Below the pieces are notes generated by a model. That model was given only the letters and a program-made list of their open reading frames with translations. It had not been told where the DNA came from and did no database searches. Both the position numbers and the translations under genes were made by a program. From an uncultured Oscillospiraceae bacterium (GTDB taxonomy: Bacteria > Bacillota > Clostridia > Oscillospirales > Oscillospiraceae), in the NCBI GenBank assembly GCA_944385465.1, contig CALWXH010000002.1, positions 13,569 to 77,568 of the forward strand: DNA of 64,000 nucleotides. The letters are read 5' to 3'. The first letter of the stretch is position 1; each line of letters begins with the position of its first letter. This document shows positions 1 to 9,028 of this stretch, in pieces.

Positions 1-101
1 ATATTTTTGTTGATCTCATAACCATAGTTGTCTGCGCGCATCAACTGTGTTAAAATAATGGTGTCTGTATGCCCGCGCAGCACGTCGGCCGAGATGGACA
101 T
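1..101 (-). CDS. PadR-family transcriptional regulator, N-terminal fragment (gene continues past the left edge)
   Basis: Minus-strand ATG at 99-101 with AAAGGAG 8 nt upstream. Translation MSISADVLRGHTDTIILTQLMRADNYGYEINKN fits the PadR winged-helix N-terminus. Absent from the ORF track because it is truncated. Confidence 0.6.
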   Translation of the reverse strand, partial: MSISADVLRGHTDTIILTQLMRADNYGYEINKN

Positions 102-135
102 AGAATCCGCTCCTTTCGGTGGTGTCAGGGTTTCC

Positions 136-282
136 CTACAGAATCGGCCGCCGGAACAGAAGCTCTGCCTCGGCCAGGCCCAGGCAGCATAGGCTGTCCG
201 GCTCCGGCCGGGGCCGGATCGGACTGCGGCAGCCATGCTGCCGGCCGGGATGGCGGATGGGGTCGGGAAGGGCGCGTTTCAT
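136..282 (-). CDS. hypothetical 48-aa Arg/Pro-rich small ORF upstream of padR
   Basis: Internal ATG of ORF 136..369 preceded by GAAGGAGG 7 nt upstream (MKRALPDPIRHPGRQ...). No recognisable family, and the composition could be GC-driven. Confidence 0.2.
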   Translation of the reverse strand: MKRALPDPIRHPGRQHGCRSPIRPRPEPDSLCCLGLAEAELLFRRPIL

Positions 283-431
283 AGGGGAACCTCCTTCTGT
301 TGTCGGATATACATCATGTGTTGAGGTATCTTGTGAGATTAAGATAGCACGATATACCTCACCTGTCAAGGTATATTTTGAAAAATTTTGCGGCCCCGGT
401 CTGCCGGGGCGGGAAAGGGAGTCAGAATGCG

Positions 432-1265
432 ATGAGCGAATGTACCCATGATTGCTCCAGCTGCGGCGCCAGCTGTGGGGAGCGGCAGGAGCCCCAGGAC
501 CTGCACAAGCCGGCCAATGAGCTGTCCAGCATCAAAAAGGTGATTGCCGTGGTCAGCGGCAAGGGGGGCGTGGGCAAGTCCGCCGTCACCTGTTCCCTCG
601 CGGCGGCCATGGCCCAGCGGGGAAAGAAGGTGGGCGTGCTGGACGCGGATATCACCGGCCCCTCAGTGCCCAAGGCCTTTGGCGTGCACCAGCGAGCGGA
701 GGGCAGTGAGCTGGGCATCTACCCCGCGGTGAGCCACGGCGGCGTGGAGCTGATGAGCCTGAACCTGCTCACCGAGCGGGAGACCGACCCGGTGATCTGG
801 CGCGGCCCGGTGATTGCCGGGGCGGTGCAGCAGTTCTGGACCGACGTGATCTGGGGCGACCTGGACTATCTGTTTGTGGACATGCCCCCCGGAACCGGCG
901 ACGTGCCCCTGACGGTGTTCCAGTCCCTGCCGGTGGACGGGGTGATCGTGGTGTCCGCCCCCCAGACCCTGGTGGGCATGATCGTCACCAAGGCGGTGAA
1001 GATGGCCGAGATGATGAACATCCCGGTGCTGGGCCTGGTGGAGAATTACAGCTACTTCAAGTGCCCGGGCTGCGGCAAGGAATACCCCATTTTCGGGGAG
1101 AGCACCATTGACATCCTGGGCGCCCAGCTGTCCCTGCCGGTGCTGGCCAAGCTGCCCCTGGACCCGGCCCTGGCCAGGGCCATGGACGAGGGCAAGGTGG
1201 AGGACTACGCGCCCAATCCCATGGCCCAGGTGGCGGCGCTGCTGGAGGAGAAGACCGGGGTCTGA
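432..1265 (+). CDS. Mrp/NBP35 (ApbC-type) Fe-S cluster carrier ATPase
   Basis: N-terminal Cys cluster (CTHDCSSCGASC), deviant Walker A VSGKGGVGKS and C-terminal CPGCG motif. Start moved to ATG 432 (MSECTH) behind AAAGGGAG. Confidence 0.9.
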   Translation: MSECTHDCSSCGASCGERQEPQDLHKPANELSSIKKVIAVVSGKGGVGKSAVTCSLAAAMAQRGKKVGVLDADITGPSVPKAFGVHQRAEGSELGIYPAVSHGGVELMSLNLLTERETDPVIWRGPVIAGAVQQFWTDVIWGDLDYLFVDMPPGTGDVPLTVFQSLPVDGVIVVSAPQTLVGMIVTKAVKMAEMMNIPVLGLVENYSYFKCPGCGKEYPIFGESTIDILGAQLSLPVLAKLPLDPALARAMDEGKVEDYAPNPMAQVAALLEEKTGV

Positions 1266-1314
1266 GCAGCCCGGGAACCAGAAAGAGAATGAGACGGAGC
1301 CGGAGGTGAAGCGA

Positions 1315-2091
1315 TTGGATCGGGAGGGACTGGCCGCCAGTGTGGCCAAGACAGCGGGTGAGCTGAGACTGCAGCTGGCCCATATCACTGCATCCAGCCA
1401 GCTGTTGGAGCGGATGGCCCAGGGCGAGCGGGCCCGGGCATATCTGGCGGTGGTGAACCAGAGCATCTGCCGGATGCTCCGGTCCATCGGGCGCATGGAG
1501 CTGCTCCACAGGCTGACCGATGAGAACGAGATCCGGGTCTTTCCCCGGCTGATGGACCTGGGGCGCTGGACGGCCCAGCTGGCCCAGCGCCTGCAGAGCG
1601 TTCTGCAGGGGGCGGATGTGACCCTGCGCTATCAGGGGCCGGACATTCTGCTGTCCTGCGCAGATGAGGAGCTGCTGCGGCAGATGCTGCTGGAGCTGCT
1701 GGTCCAGGCGGCCGGGCCGGGGGACGAGGTGTCCCTCACGCTGAAGCGCCAGGGGGAGAGCGCCTGCTTCACCGTGCGCGGGCCGGGCACCCGGCTGGAC
1801 GCGGGGGAGTGGGATGCCCTGCTGAAGCAGGAGCCCGGGCAGCTTCCGGAGGAGTGGAATATTCCGCTGGCCCAACAGATTGCCCAGCTGCACGGGGGCA
1901 GCCTGATGGTGGAGGCCGCCGCGGACGGGCCCGGGACAGTGACTGCGGTGCTGCCCATCCGGCTGGGGGACGATGACGCCCGGCTGGAGAGCCCCGCCCT
2001 GCCCCGCCAGACCGGCGGGTTTGATCCGGCGATGGTCGCCTTCAGCCAGCTGCTGCCGCCGGAGTGCTTCCTGCCGGAAGAGCTGGACTGA
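1315..2091 (+). CDS. soluble histidine-kinase-like protein with degenerate ATP-binding boxes
   Basis: H-box-like LQLAHITASSQLLE followed by an HATPase_c-like C-terminus (LHGGSLMVEAAADGPGT). TTG 1315 lies 8 nt after GGAGG (alternative GTG 1306). The upstream part of ORF 1108..2091 overlaps the mrp gene. Confidence 0.55.
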   Translation: MDREGLAASVAKTAGELRLQLAHITASSQLLERMAQGERARAYLAVVNQSICRMLRSIGRMELLHRLTDENEIRVFPRLMDLGRWTAQLAQRLQSVLQGADVTLRYQGPDILLSCADEELLRQMLLELLVQAAGPGDEVSLTLKRQGESACFTVRGPGTRLDAGEWDALLKQEPGQLPEEWNIPLAQQIAQLHGGSLMVEAAADGPGTVTAVLPIRLGDDDARLESPALPRQTGGFDPAMVAFSQLLPPECFLPEELD

Positions 2092-2110
2092 ACGGAAAAA
2101 GAACAGGAGA

Positions 2111-2149
2111 ACGGGCCCGGTTTCCCCGAGGGAAACCGGGCCCGTTTTT
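2111..2149. terminator. bidirectional intrinsic terminator between the kinase-like gene and the integrase
   Basis: ACGGGCCCGGTTTCC-CCGAG-GGAAACCGGGCCCGT followed by TTTT. An A/T run on the other side serves the minus strand. Confidence 0.75.
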
Positions 2150-2158
2150 GCCGGCGGG

Positions 2159-3253
2159 CTATTTGCTGCTCCGCCCCCGGCGCTTGAGCTTGCCGGGGGA
2201 GCGCTTGGGGACGTTCTGGGGGATGGCGGCGGCGACGGCGGCCAGCACCTCCCCGTGGGTGAGATCAAAGAGATGAGTATAGATGCGCTGGGTGGTGACG
2301 GGGCTGCTGTGCCCCATGGCGCGGCTGATCTGGTACATGGGGACCCGGGCGTTGCTGGCCATGCTGGCAAAGGTGTGGCGCAGCCCGTGCAGGGTGATGG
2401 GTGGCAGGCCGCAGGCCGTCACAAAGTGGGTGAAGGTGGACGTCATGGAGTTGGGGTGCCAGGGCTGCCCCTTGGTGTCCAGCACCACGAAGTCGTCCGG
2501 GCCGCACAGGTGATTCTGCCGGGTGCGCATCCGCCGCAGTTCCCGCAGCAGCGCCATCAGGCCCTTCAGGGAGCCGATGGCCAGGGTCCGGCGGCTCCCG
2601 GCGGTTTTGGGCTGCTTGATGACCACCCGGTGGGCCATGGTGGTGCGCACCTGCCGGACAAAGACCAGCCCGCCCTGCAGGTCGATGTCCCGCCAGCGCA
2701 GGCCCAGGATCTCGCCCCGGCGCAGGCCCAGATAGCAGGCCAGCCGGACGGGCAGGTCCAGGGGATGCCCCTCCACCTGGGCCAGCAGCTGGCCCACCTG
2801 TTTGGGCGTGTAGTAGTGGGAGCAGCCCGGGATGGTGCCCGGCGGCGTGGCCCGGCACACCGGATTGTCCGGGAGCGCGCCCTGGCGGTAGGCCTGCTGC
2901 AGGCTGGTGTGAAGCAGGATGTGGTGCTTGTAGACCGTGTTGGGGGACAGGTGCTTTTCACTGCTCAGCCACTGGTAGTAGCTGTCGATGAGCGCGGGAG
3001 TGAGTTCGGCCAGGCGGACCTCCCCCAGCGCGGGGACCAGGTGGTTTTCCACAATGTTGGAGTAGCAGTAGACGGTGGTGCGGGCCCTGTGGGGCGTGAC
3101 GTGGTAGGACATCCAGTAGCGCAGCCACTGGGCCAGGGTCAGCTCCGTGCCCACCCGGAGGGGCGCCGGGACGTCCAGGGGGAACCCGACCTGCGGCGCG
3201 TCGGCGGGAGGGCAGGGGGCGGCACGGGAGGACTTGGATGTGGATTGGGACAT
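2159..3253 (-). CDS. tyrosine-type site-specific recombinase/integrase
   Basis: C-terminal catalytic signature HGLRHTFAS...GHSSPVTTQRIYTH and an N-terminal SAM-like core-binding region. Start at ATG 3253 (MSQSTSK) behind AAAGGAG. Confidence 0.9.
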   Translation of the reverse strand: MSQSTSKSSRAAPCPPADAPQVGFPLDVPAPLRVGTELTLAQWLRYWMSYHVTPHRARTTVYCYSNIVENHLVPALGEVRLAELTPALIDSYYQWLSSEKHLSPNTVYKHHILLHTSLQQAYRQGALPDNPVCRATPPGTIPGCSHYYTPKQVGQLLAQVEGHPLDLPVRLACYLGLRRGEILGLRWRDIDLQGGLVFVRQVRTTMAHRVVIKQPKTAGSRRTLAIGSLKGLMALLRELRRMRTRQNHLCGPDDFVVLDTKGQPWHPNSMTSTFTHFVTACGLPPITLHGLRHTFASMASNARVPMYQISRAMGHSSPVTTQRIYTHLFDLTHGEVLAAVAAAIPQNVPKRSPGKLKRRGRSSK

Positions 3254-3384
3254 GAACAACACTCCTTTGCAGATCAAATTTTGTTGCGGCCCCTTCCGGA
3301 GGGCCACCACTCAAATGGTACCTGGGATTCAGGACCAAATACAAGAAGAACCTGCAAATTTGGAGCGAAATCGACAAAAAGCAG

Positions 3385-3420
3385 AAAAAGCGGGCCGGCG
3401 ATGGAACACATCGCCGGCCC
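3385..3420 (-). terminator. intrinsic terminator after the first hydrolase paralog
   Basis: GGGCCGGCGATG-TGTTC-CATCGCCGGCCC then CTTTTT on the minus strand. Confidence 0.75.
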
Positions 3421-3447
3421 GTTTGGGTGGATGGAAGGGGAGCTGGC

Positions 3448-4242
3448 TTACCAGGGCTTGTCCTTCTCCTCAGCGTACACGCTGGGCAGAATGGCGGCCA
3501 GGTTGGAGAACTCCTTGATGTTGTGGCCGTACAGGGCGCGGGGACCCATCTCGGGGATGGACACGCCGTCGGGCACGACCTTGACGAGCTCGCCCTTCTC
3601 ATTGGGGCCGTAGCCCATCCAGAAGCGGGAGCAGAACAGCACGCCGCCCTCGGCCTTCCGGATCAGGTGGGTCATCACGGCGGGGGTGTTGCCCCGGCCG
3701 AAGGCGCACACCATGCCCAGGCAGTCGTCGGTGCCCAGCAGGGACTCGTCATAGCCCAGGTCGGCGGGGCGGCGGAAGCACAGCAGCAGGTCGTCGGCGC
3801 CCAGGCCGATGTCCTCCAGGATCTGGTGATCCACGCCCCAGGTGCGCTGGCTCAGGGGGACGGAGGGATCCTTCACGTAGTCGGGCTTGTTGGCGCGGGC
3901 GTACCAGTGGTCCTCCTTGTCCCAGATCTTGTAGCGCAGGTCAGAGGTGACGCTGTGCCAGCCGAACCACCAGTAGAACATCTCGGGGGTGACGCCGGGC
4001 ATGAAGGTGGTGTTGGCCACGAAGCCGGTGCCGTTGGCGGCCACGGCAAAGCCGTTCTGCAGGCCGGGCACATCGGCGTGCTGGAACTTGGCCCGGTCCT
4101 CAAAGGGCAGGACAGTGGAGGGGTCGGCGGCGGGGCCGTGCCAGATGTCCAGCTTCTCCTGGGGGATGGGGGCCAGGGGCTGATTGAAATACTTGGCGTA
4201 GGAGAGCTTTGCCTCCTCTGCGGTGAGCACAGGACGATCCAT
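3448..4242 (-). CDS. DAPG-hydrolase (PhlG) / phloretin-hydrolase family protein, paralog 1
   Basis: 264 aa. Blocks FMPGVTPEMFYWWFGWH, RYKIWDKEDH, RFWMGYG and NIKEFSNLAAILPSVYAEEKD are shared with ORF 14834..15652. They recall the C-C hydrolase family of Eubacterium ramulus Phy and Pseudomonas PhlG. Family assignment is from memory, not a search. Confidence 0.6.
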   Translation of the reverse strand: MDRPVLTAEEAKLSYAKYFNQPLAPIPQEKLDIWHGPAADPSTVLPFEDRAKFQHADVPGLQNGFAVAANGTGFVANTTFMPGVTPEMFYWWFGWHSVTSDLRYKIWDKEDHWYARANKPDYVKDPSVPLSQRTWGVDHQILEDIGLGADDLLLCFRRPADLGYDESLLGTDDCLGMVCAFGRGNTPAVMTHLIRKAEGGVLFCSRFWMGYGPNEKGELVKVVPDGVSIPEMGPRALYGHNIKEFSNLAAILPSVYAEEKDKPW

Positions 4243-4398
4243 AGGGACTACCTCGTTTCTTTTTAAGATACTTCTATCATACCGGAAAATTGGAAAAATG
4301 TAAATCAGAAAATTTGCAGGCAGATATGTTAAAACTGCATCATGGGATAAAAATCCCGCACCCGTCCCACGGGGAGACGGGTGCGGGAAACGTGCCGA

Positions 4399-5841
4399 TC
4401 AGTATGCCACGCCCCAGTACACCATGTGCTTGGCGGGTTTTCCGCAGCAGGCGCACACATCGCCCAGGTGCTCCTGCTCCAGGGGGATGCAGCGGGAGGA
4501 CACGCCGGCCACTTCCTTCATCTTCAGCTCGCAGGCCTCGTCGCCGCACCACATGGTCTTGGCGAAGCCGCCCCGCTGGGCCATCTTCTCCCGCACCTCT
4601 TCCATGGTGGCGCAGGGATAGGTGTTCTCCTCCAGGTTGCGCTTGGCCTTGTCATACAGGCCCTGCTGCACCTGCTCCAGCATGTCGGCCACGGTGGCCT
4701 CGATGTTGTCCAGGGAGACAAAGACCTTCTCGCCGTTGTCCCGGCGGACCAGCACGCACTGGTTTTTCTCCATGTCCTTGGGGCCCAGCTCCAGGCGCAG
4801 GGGCACGCCCTTCATCTCGTACTCGGCAAACTTCCAGCCGGGGGAGTTGTCCGAGGCGTCCATCTTCACCCGGATGCCCGCCTGCTTCAGCCGGGCCATG
4901 ACGGCCTCGTTGGCCTCCAGCACGCCGTCCTTGTGCTGGGCCACGGGGATGATTACCACCTGGATGGGGGCGATGCGGGGGGGCAGCACCAGGCCGTTGT
5001 TGTCGCCGTGGGTCATGATGACGCCGCCGATGAGCCGGGTGGACACGCCCCAGCTGGTCTGGAAGGGGTGGTGGGGCTGGTTGTCCTTACCGGCGAAGGT
5101 GATGTCAAAGGCACGGGCGAAGCCGTCCCCGAAATAGTGGCTGGTGCCGGCCTGCAGGGCCTTTTTGTCGTGCATCATGCACTCCACGGTGTAGGTGGCC
5201 TCGGCGCCGGAGAACTTCTCCTTGTCGGTCTTGCGGCCCTTCACCACCGGCATGGCCAGGTAGTTCTCGCAGAAGTCGGCGTAGATGTTGAACATCCGCA
5301 CCGTCTCCTCCATGGCCTCCTCAGCGGTGGCGTGCATGGTGTGGCCCTCCTGCCACAGGAATTCCCGGTGGCGCAGGAAGGGGCGGCTGGTCTTCTCCCA
5401 GCGCAGCACGGAGCACCACTGGTTGTACAGCTTGGGCAGGTCCCGGTGGGAGTGGATGATGTGGGCGTAGTGCTCGCAGAACAGGGTCTCGGAGGTGGGG
5501 CGGATGCAGTAGCGCTCCTCCAGCTTCTCGCTGCCGCCATAGGTCACCCAGGCGCACTCGGGGGCGAAGCCCTCCACGTGGTCCTTCTCCTTCTGGAGCA
5601 GGGATTCGGGGATGAGCATGGGCAGGTACACGTTCTCGTGCCCGGTCTCCTTGAACTTCTCGTCCAGGATCTTCTGGAAGTTCTCCCAGATGGCGTAGCC
5701 GTAGGGGCGCAGGATGAACATGCCCTTGATGGAGGAGTAGTCGATGAGCTCCGCCTTGCGGCACACGTCGGTAAACCACTGGGCGAAGTCAGCTTCCATA
5801 TCCGTGATCTGACTGACCTGTTTGTTTTTCTCTTGAGCCAT
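4399..5841 (-). CDS. proS: proline--tRNA ligase (archaeal/eukaryote-like short type)
   Basis: 480 aa. N-terminus [35 protein letters not shown], class II motifs and a C-terminal Zn-binding CxxC...CxxC tail ending in Y. Confidence 0.92.
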   Translation of the reverse strand: MAQEKNKQVSQITDMEADFAQWFTDVCRKAELIDYSSIKGMFILRPYGYAIWENFQKILDEKFKETGHENVYLPMLIPESLLQKEKDHVEGFAPECAWVTYGGSEKLEERYCIRPTSETLFCEHYAHIIHSHRDLPKLYNQWCSVLRWEKTSRPFLRHREFLWQEGHTMHATAEEAMEETVRMFNIYADFCENYLAMPVVKGRKTDKEKFSGAEATYTVECMMHDKKALQAGTSHYFGDGFARAFDITFAGKDNQPHHPFQTSWGVSTRLIGGVIMTHGDNNGLVLPPRIAPIQVVIIPVAQHKDGVLEANEAVMARLKQAGIRVKMDASDNSPGWKFAEYEMKGVPLRLELGPKDMEKNQCVLVRRDNGEKVFVSLDNIEATVADMLEQVQQGLYDKAKRNLEENTYPCATMEEVREKMAQRGGFAKTMWCGDEACELKMKEVAGVSSRCIPLEQEHLGDVCACCGKPAKHMVYWGVAY

Positions 5842-5923
5842 TGCAATTCATTCCTTCATAAAAGCCGGCCCGGCCTGCCCCCGACGGAGGGCGGACGGGC
5901 GGCCCGGATTTCTGTGAGCCTCT

Positions 5924-5952
5924 ATTTTATTGCCAAAAGCTTGGAAAGTCAA
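5924..5952 (-). promoter_or_regulatory. sigma-A type promoter for proS
   Basis: Minus strand TTGACT-17 nt-TAAAAT, about 80 nt upstream of the proS ATG. Confidence 0.55.
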
Positions 5953-5980
5953 GGGGAAGGGCGGATTTTGCCCGCCCGGG

Positions 5981-6637
5981 TCAGGCGTCGGCCTGGCTCT
6001 CCAGCCAGTGGGACACCGCCCGCTCCAGCCGGTCGGAATTGCCCACGATGGCGGCGCAGACTTCTTCCGCGTCCCCCTGCTCCACGCCCCGGCACATGTG
6101 CTCAAAATCCGCCAGGTTCGCCTGCGCGTCCATGCCCGCCTGGGCATAGAGCTGGCGCAGCAGCAGCTGCTGGCCCTGGATGGACAGCATGCTGCGGTCC
6201 AGACGGCGGTTCCCGCAGTGCAGGTAGAACACCTCGATGAGATGGTGGACGGCCTGCACCTGGGCCTGGGCGCCCTGGGCGGACTGGAATTCGCCAAGGC
6301 GGCGGCGCAGCTGGGCGGCCATGGCGGCGTGGTCGCCCCGCTCCATGGCCAGCCGGGCGGCGGCGCAGTGCAGGGTGGTGGCCAGCTGCTGGATCTCCTC
6401 CACGTCCTTGGGGGTGAGGGTGAGCACCCGGGCGCCCACATTGTTCTCGTAGGTGACCAGGCCCTCCTGCTGCAGGCGGTTGATGGCCTCCCGGATGGGG
6501 GTGCAGCTCACCCCCAGAATGTCCTGCAGCTCGTTGACATTGACCTTGCTGCCCAGGGGCAGGCGCAGGCTGACGATGTCGGCGCGCAGCCGCTCGTACA
6601 CCTGGTCCACCAGGGAGCGTTTCTTAATGGCGGCCAT
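5981..6637 (-). CDS. GntR-family regulator with FCD (FadR-type) C-terminal domain
   Basis: wHTH LPLGSKVNVNELQDILGVSCTPIREAINRLQQEGLV plus an all-helical C-terminal domain. Start at ATG 6637 (MAAIKKRS) behind GGAGGG. Confidence 0.85.
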   Translation of the reverse strand: MAAIKKRSLVDQVYERLRADIVSLRLPLGSKVNVNELQDILGVSCTPIREAINRLQQEGLVTYENNVGARVLTLTPKDVEEIQQLATTLHCAAARLAMERGDHAAMAAQLRRRLGEFQSAQGAQAQVQAVHHLIEVFYLHCGNRRLDRSMLSIQGQQLLLRQLYAQAGMDAQANLADFEHMCRGVEQGDAEEVCAAIVGNSDRLERAVSHWLESQADA

Positions 6638-6910
6638 AGGCAGCCCTCCAAATCTTGTTTCTTGCAATATGTAAGTTAACTATAGCAGATGCGGGGCGGG
6701 AATACAAGGGGGCGGGGGCAGATTTTGATACTTTGCCCGCCTCGTCGAATCTGACGGAACCGGCGGGGTTATTTTGTGGAAAATCCCATGGGAGCGGCGC
6801 TTGACTTTTGAGAGAAGTATGGTATTCTAAAGGTAGAAATCTTGCAAGATATATAATCTTGCCGCTGGATTCCCGGTCACTGCGTAACGATGGAAAGGAG
6901 AAGATTCCCC

Positions 6911-7822
6911 ATGGTCTACAAAACCTTTGACGAACTGATTGCCGCGGCCAAGAGCAAGCCGCACACCGCCCGCATGGCGGTGGCCGCCGCCGGCGACCCC
7001 CACACCATTGAGGCTGTGCTGAAAGCCCGGGAGGAGGGCATTGCCATCCCGGTGCTGGTGGGCGACAAGGCCGCCATTGACGATGCGCTGAAGCAGTTCG
7101 GCGCCACGGTGCCCGAAGAGGACATCTACGACGTGCCCGACCTGGCCGAGTCCGCCCGGAAGGCGGTCTCCCTGGTGGTGGAGGGCAAGGCCGACTTCCT
7201 GATGAAGGGCAAGCTGGATACCGCCATCCTCCTCAAGGCCGTGGTGAACAAGGAGTGCGGCCTGGGCCAGGGCCGCACCATGAGCCATTTCACCATGTTC
7301 CAGGTGCCCGGCTATCACAAGCTGATGGTGCCCGTGGACGGCGGCATGGTCACCTATCCCACCCTGGAGCAGAAGAAGGACATCATCGTGAACACGGTGG
7401 ACACCCTGCGGGCCATGGGCTATGACAACCCCAAGGTGGGCGTGCTGGCCTGCGTGGAGAAGGTCAACCCCAAGATGCCCGAGACCGTGGAGGCCAACGA
7501 GCTCAAGGAGATGAACCGGCGGGGCGAGATCACCGGCTGCGTGGTGGAGGGCCCCATCTCCTACGACTGCGCGGTGTCCAAGGAGATCGCCGACTTCAAG
7601 GGCTTCCAGAGCCCCTGCGCCGGGGACTGCGATGTGCTCATCGCCCCCAACATCCACGCCGGCAACATCATGGGCAAGATGCTGGCGGTGACCTGCGGGG
7701 CCAAGATGGCCGGCTTCATCGTGGGCGCCAAGTGCCCCATCGTCATGACCAGCCGCGGCTCCTCCCCCGAGGAGAAGTACCTGTCCATCGTCATCAGCGC
7801 GGTGGCGGCGGAGAAGAAATAA
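6911..7822 (+). CDS. ptb: phosphate butyryltransferase
   Basis: PTA_PTB family (AVAAAGDPHTIEAVLKAREEGIAIPVLVGD...) immediately upstream of butyrate kinase. ATG 6911 behind AAAGGAG. Confidence 0.85.
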   Translation: MVYKTFDELIAAAKSKPHTARMAVAAAGDPHTIEAVLKAREEGIAIPVLVGDKAAIDDALKQFGATVPEEDIYDVPDLAESARKAVSLVVEGKADFLMKGKLDTAILLKAVVNKECGLGQGRTMSHFTMFQVPGYHKLMVPVDGGMVTYPTLEQKKDIIVNTVDTLRAMGYDNPKVGVLACVEKVNPKMPETVEANELKEMNRRGEITGCVVEGPISYDCAVSKEIADFKGFQSPCAGDCDVLIAPNIHAGNIMGKMLAVTCGAKMAGFIVGAKCPIVMTSRGSSPEEKYLSIVISAVAAEKK

Positions 7823-7835
7823 GGAGGACTGACAC

Positions 7836-8915
7836 ATGGAACGTCTGCTGATTCTGAATCCCGGCTCCACCTCCACCAAGCTGGCCGTCTTTGACGGGGA
7901 GGAGCCCCTGTTTGTGGAGTCCATCGTCCACACCCCGGAGGAGCTGGCCCCCTTTGAGCATGTGGCCGAGCAGTACGGCTTCCGCCGGGACCTGGTGCTG
8001 GACTGCCTGAAGCGCCATGAGATCTCCCTGGACTCCCTGAGCGCCATCGTGTCCCGGGGCGGTCTGCTCACCGCCATTGAGGCGGGCGCCTATGAGGTCA
8101 ACGACGACATGATCTGGCAGCTGAAGAACAAGCCCCGCAACGAGCACGCCTCCAATGTGGGCGCCATGATCGCCCTGGACATCGGCCGCCAGCTGGGCAT
8201 TCCCGCCTACATCTACGACGGCGTCACCGTGGAGGAGCTGACCCCCATCAACAAGATCACCGGCCTGCCCTCTATGCAGCGCAAGGGCATGGGCCACAAC
8301 CTGAACACCCGGGCCGCCGCCATGCGCTATGCCCGGGAGCAGGGCAAGGGCTACAGCGACATCACCGTCATCGTGGCCCACCTGGGGGGCGGCATCTCGG
8401 TCAACCTCCATAACAAGGGCCGCATTGAGGACTTCATCAACGACGAGGAGGGCCCCTTCTCCCCGGAGCGCACCGGCGGCCTGCCCATGTTTGACGTCAT
8501 CGCCGACTGCTTCAAAGAGGGGATGACCTATCACGAGATGATGAAGACGGTGAAGACCCGGGGCGGCCTCATGGCCCATCTGGGCACCACCGACAGCCGG
8601 GAAGTGGAGAAGCGGATGAACGCCGGCGACGAGCACGCCAAGCTCATCTATGATGCCATGATCCTCAACATCGCCAAGAACATCGGCAAGCTGGCCCCCG
8701 GCGTGTGCGGCAAGGTGGACGCCATCCTGCTCACCGGCGGCATCGCCTACTCCGAGTACGTCACCAAGGGCATCGAATCCTATGTGTCCTGGATTGCCCC
8801 GGTGGTGGTGTACGCGGGGGAGGACGAGATGCGCTCCCTGGCCCTGGGCGGCCTGCGGGTGCTGCGCGGCGAGGAGAAGGCCAAGACCTATGTCAGCCCC
8901 GACCGGCCCCGATAA
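7836..8915 (+). CDS. buk: butyrate kinase
   Basis: MERLLILNPGSTSTKLAVFDGEEPLF N-terminus of the acetate/butyrate kinase family; 359 aa; AAGGAGG RBS. Confidence 0.9.
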   Translation: MERLLILNPGSTSTKLAVFDGEEPLFVESIVHTPEELAPFEHVAEQYGFRRDLVLDCLKRHEISLDSLSAIVSRGGLLTAIEAGAYEVNDDMIWQLKNKPRNEHASNVGAMIALDIGRQLGIPAYIYDGVTVEELTPINKITGLPSMQRKGMGHNLNTRAAAMRYAREQGKGYSDITVIVAHLGGGISVNLHNKGRIEDFINDEEGPFSPERTGGLPMFDVIADCFKEGMTYHEMMKTVKTRGGLMAHLGTTDSREVEKRMNAGDEHAKLIYDAMILNIAKNIGKLAPGVCGKVDAILLTGGIAYSEYVTKGIESYVSWIAPVVVYAGEDEMRSLALGGLRVLRGEEKAKTYVSPDRPR

Positions 8916-8936
8916 ATCAAACCGCATACCAAAAAC

Positions 8937-8975
8937 ATCCCCTGCCGGGTTTCCCGGCAGGGGATTCGATTTTTT
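8937..8975 (+). terminator. intrinsic terminator of ptb-buk
   Basis: ATCCCCTGCCGGG-TTTC-CCGGCAGGGGAT then TCGATTTTTT. Confidence 0.85.
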
Positions 8976-9028
8976 CAAAAAGCCCCGCAGCGTGCGCACC
9001 CGCAGGCGCGCATCAACCGGGCTTCTGG

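Noticed and set aside
5842-5980. A T-box riboswitch upstream of proS, which is common for aminoacyl-tRNA synthetases in Firmicutes.
   Set aside because: The leader is only about 80 nt from the predicted -10 to the ATG. It has no specifier-loop/T-box (AGGGUGGNACCGCG-like) sequence, only one imperfect GC hairpin followed by CTTTT.
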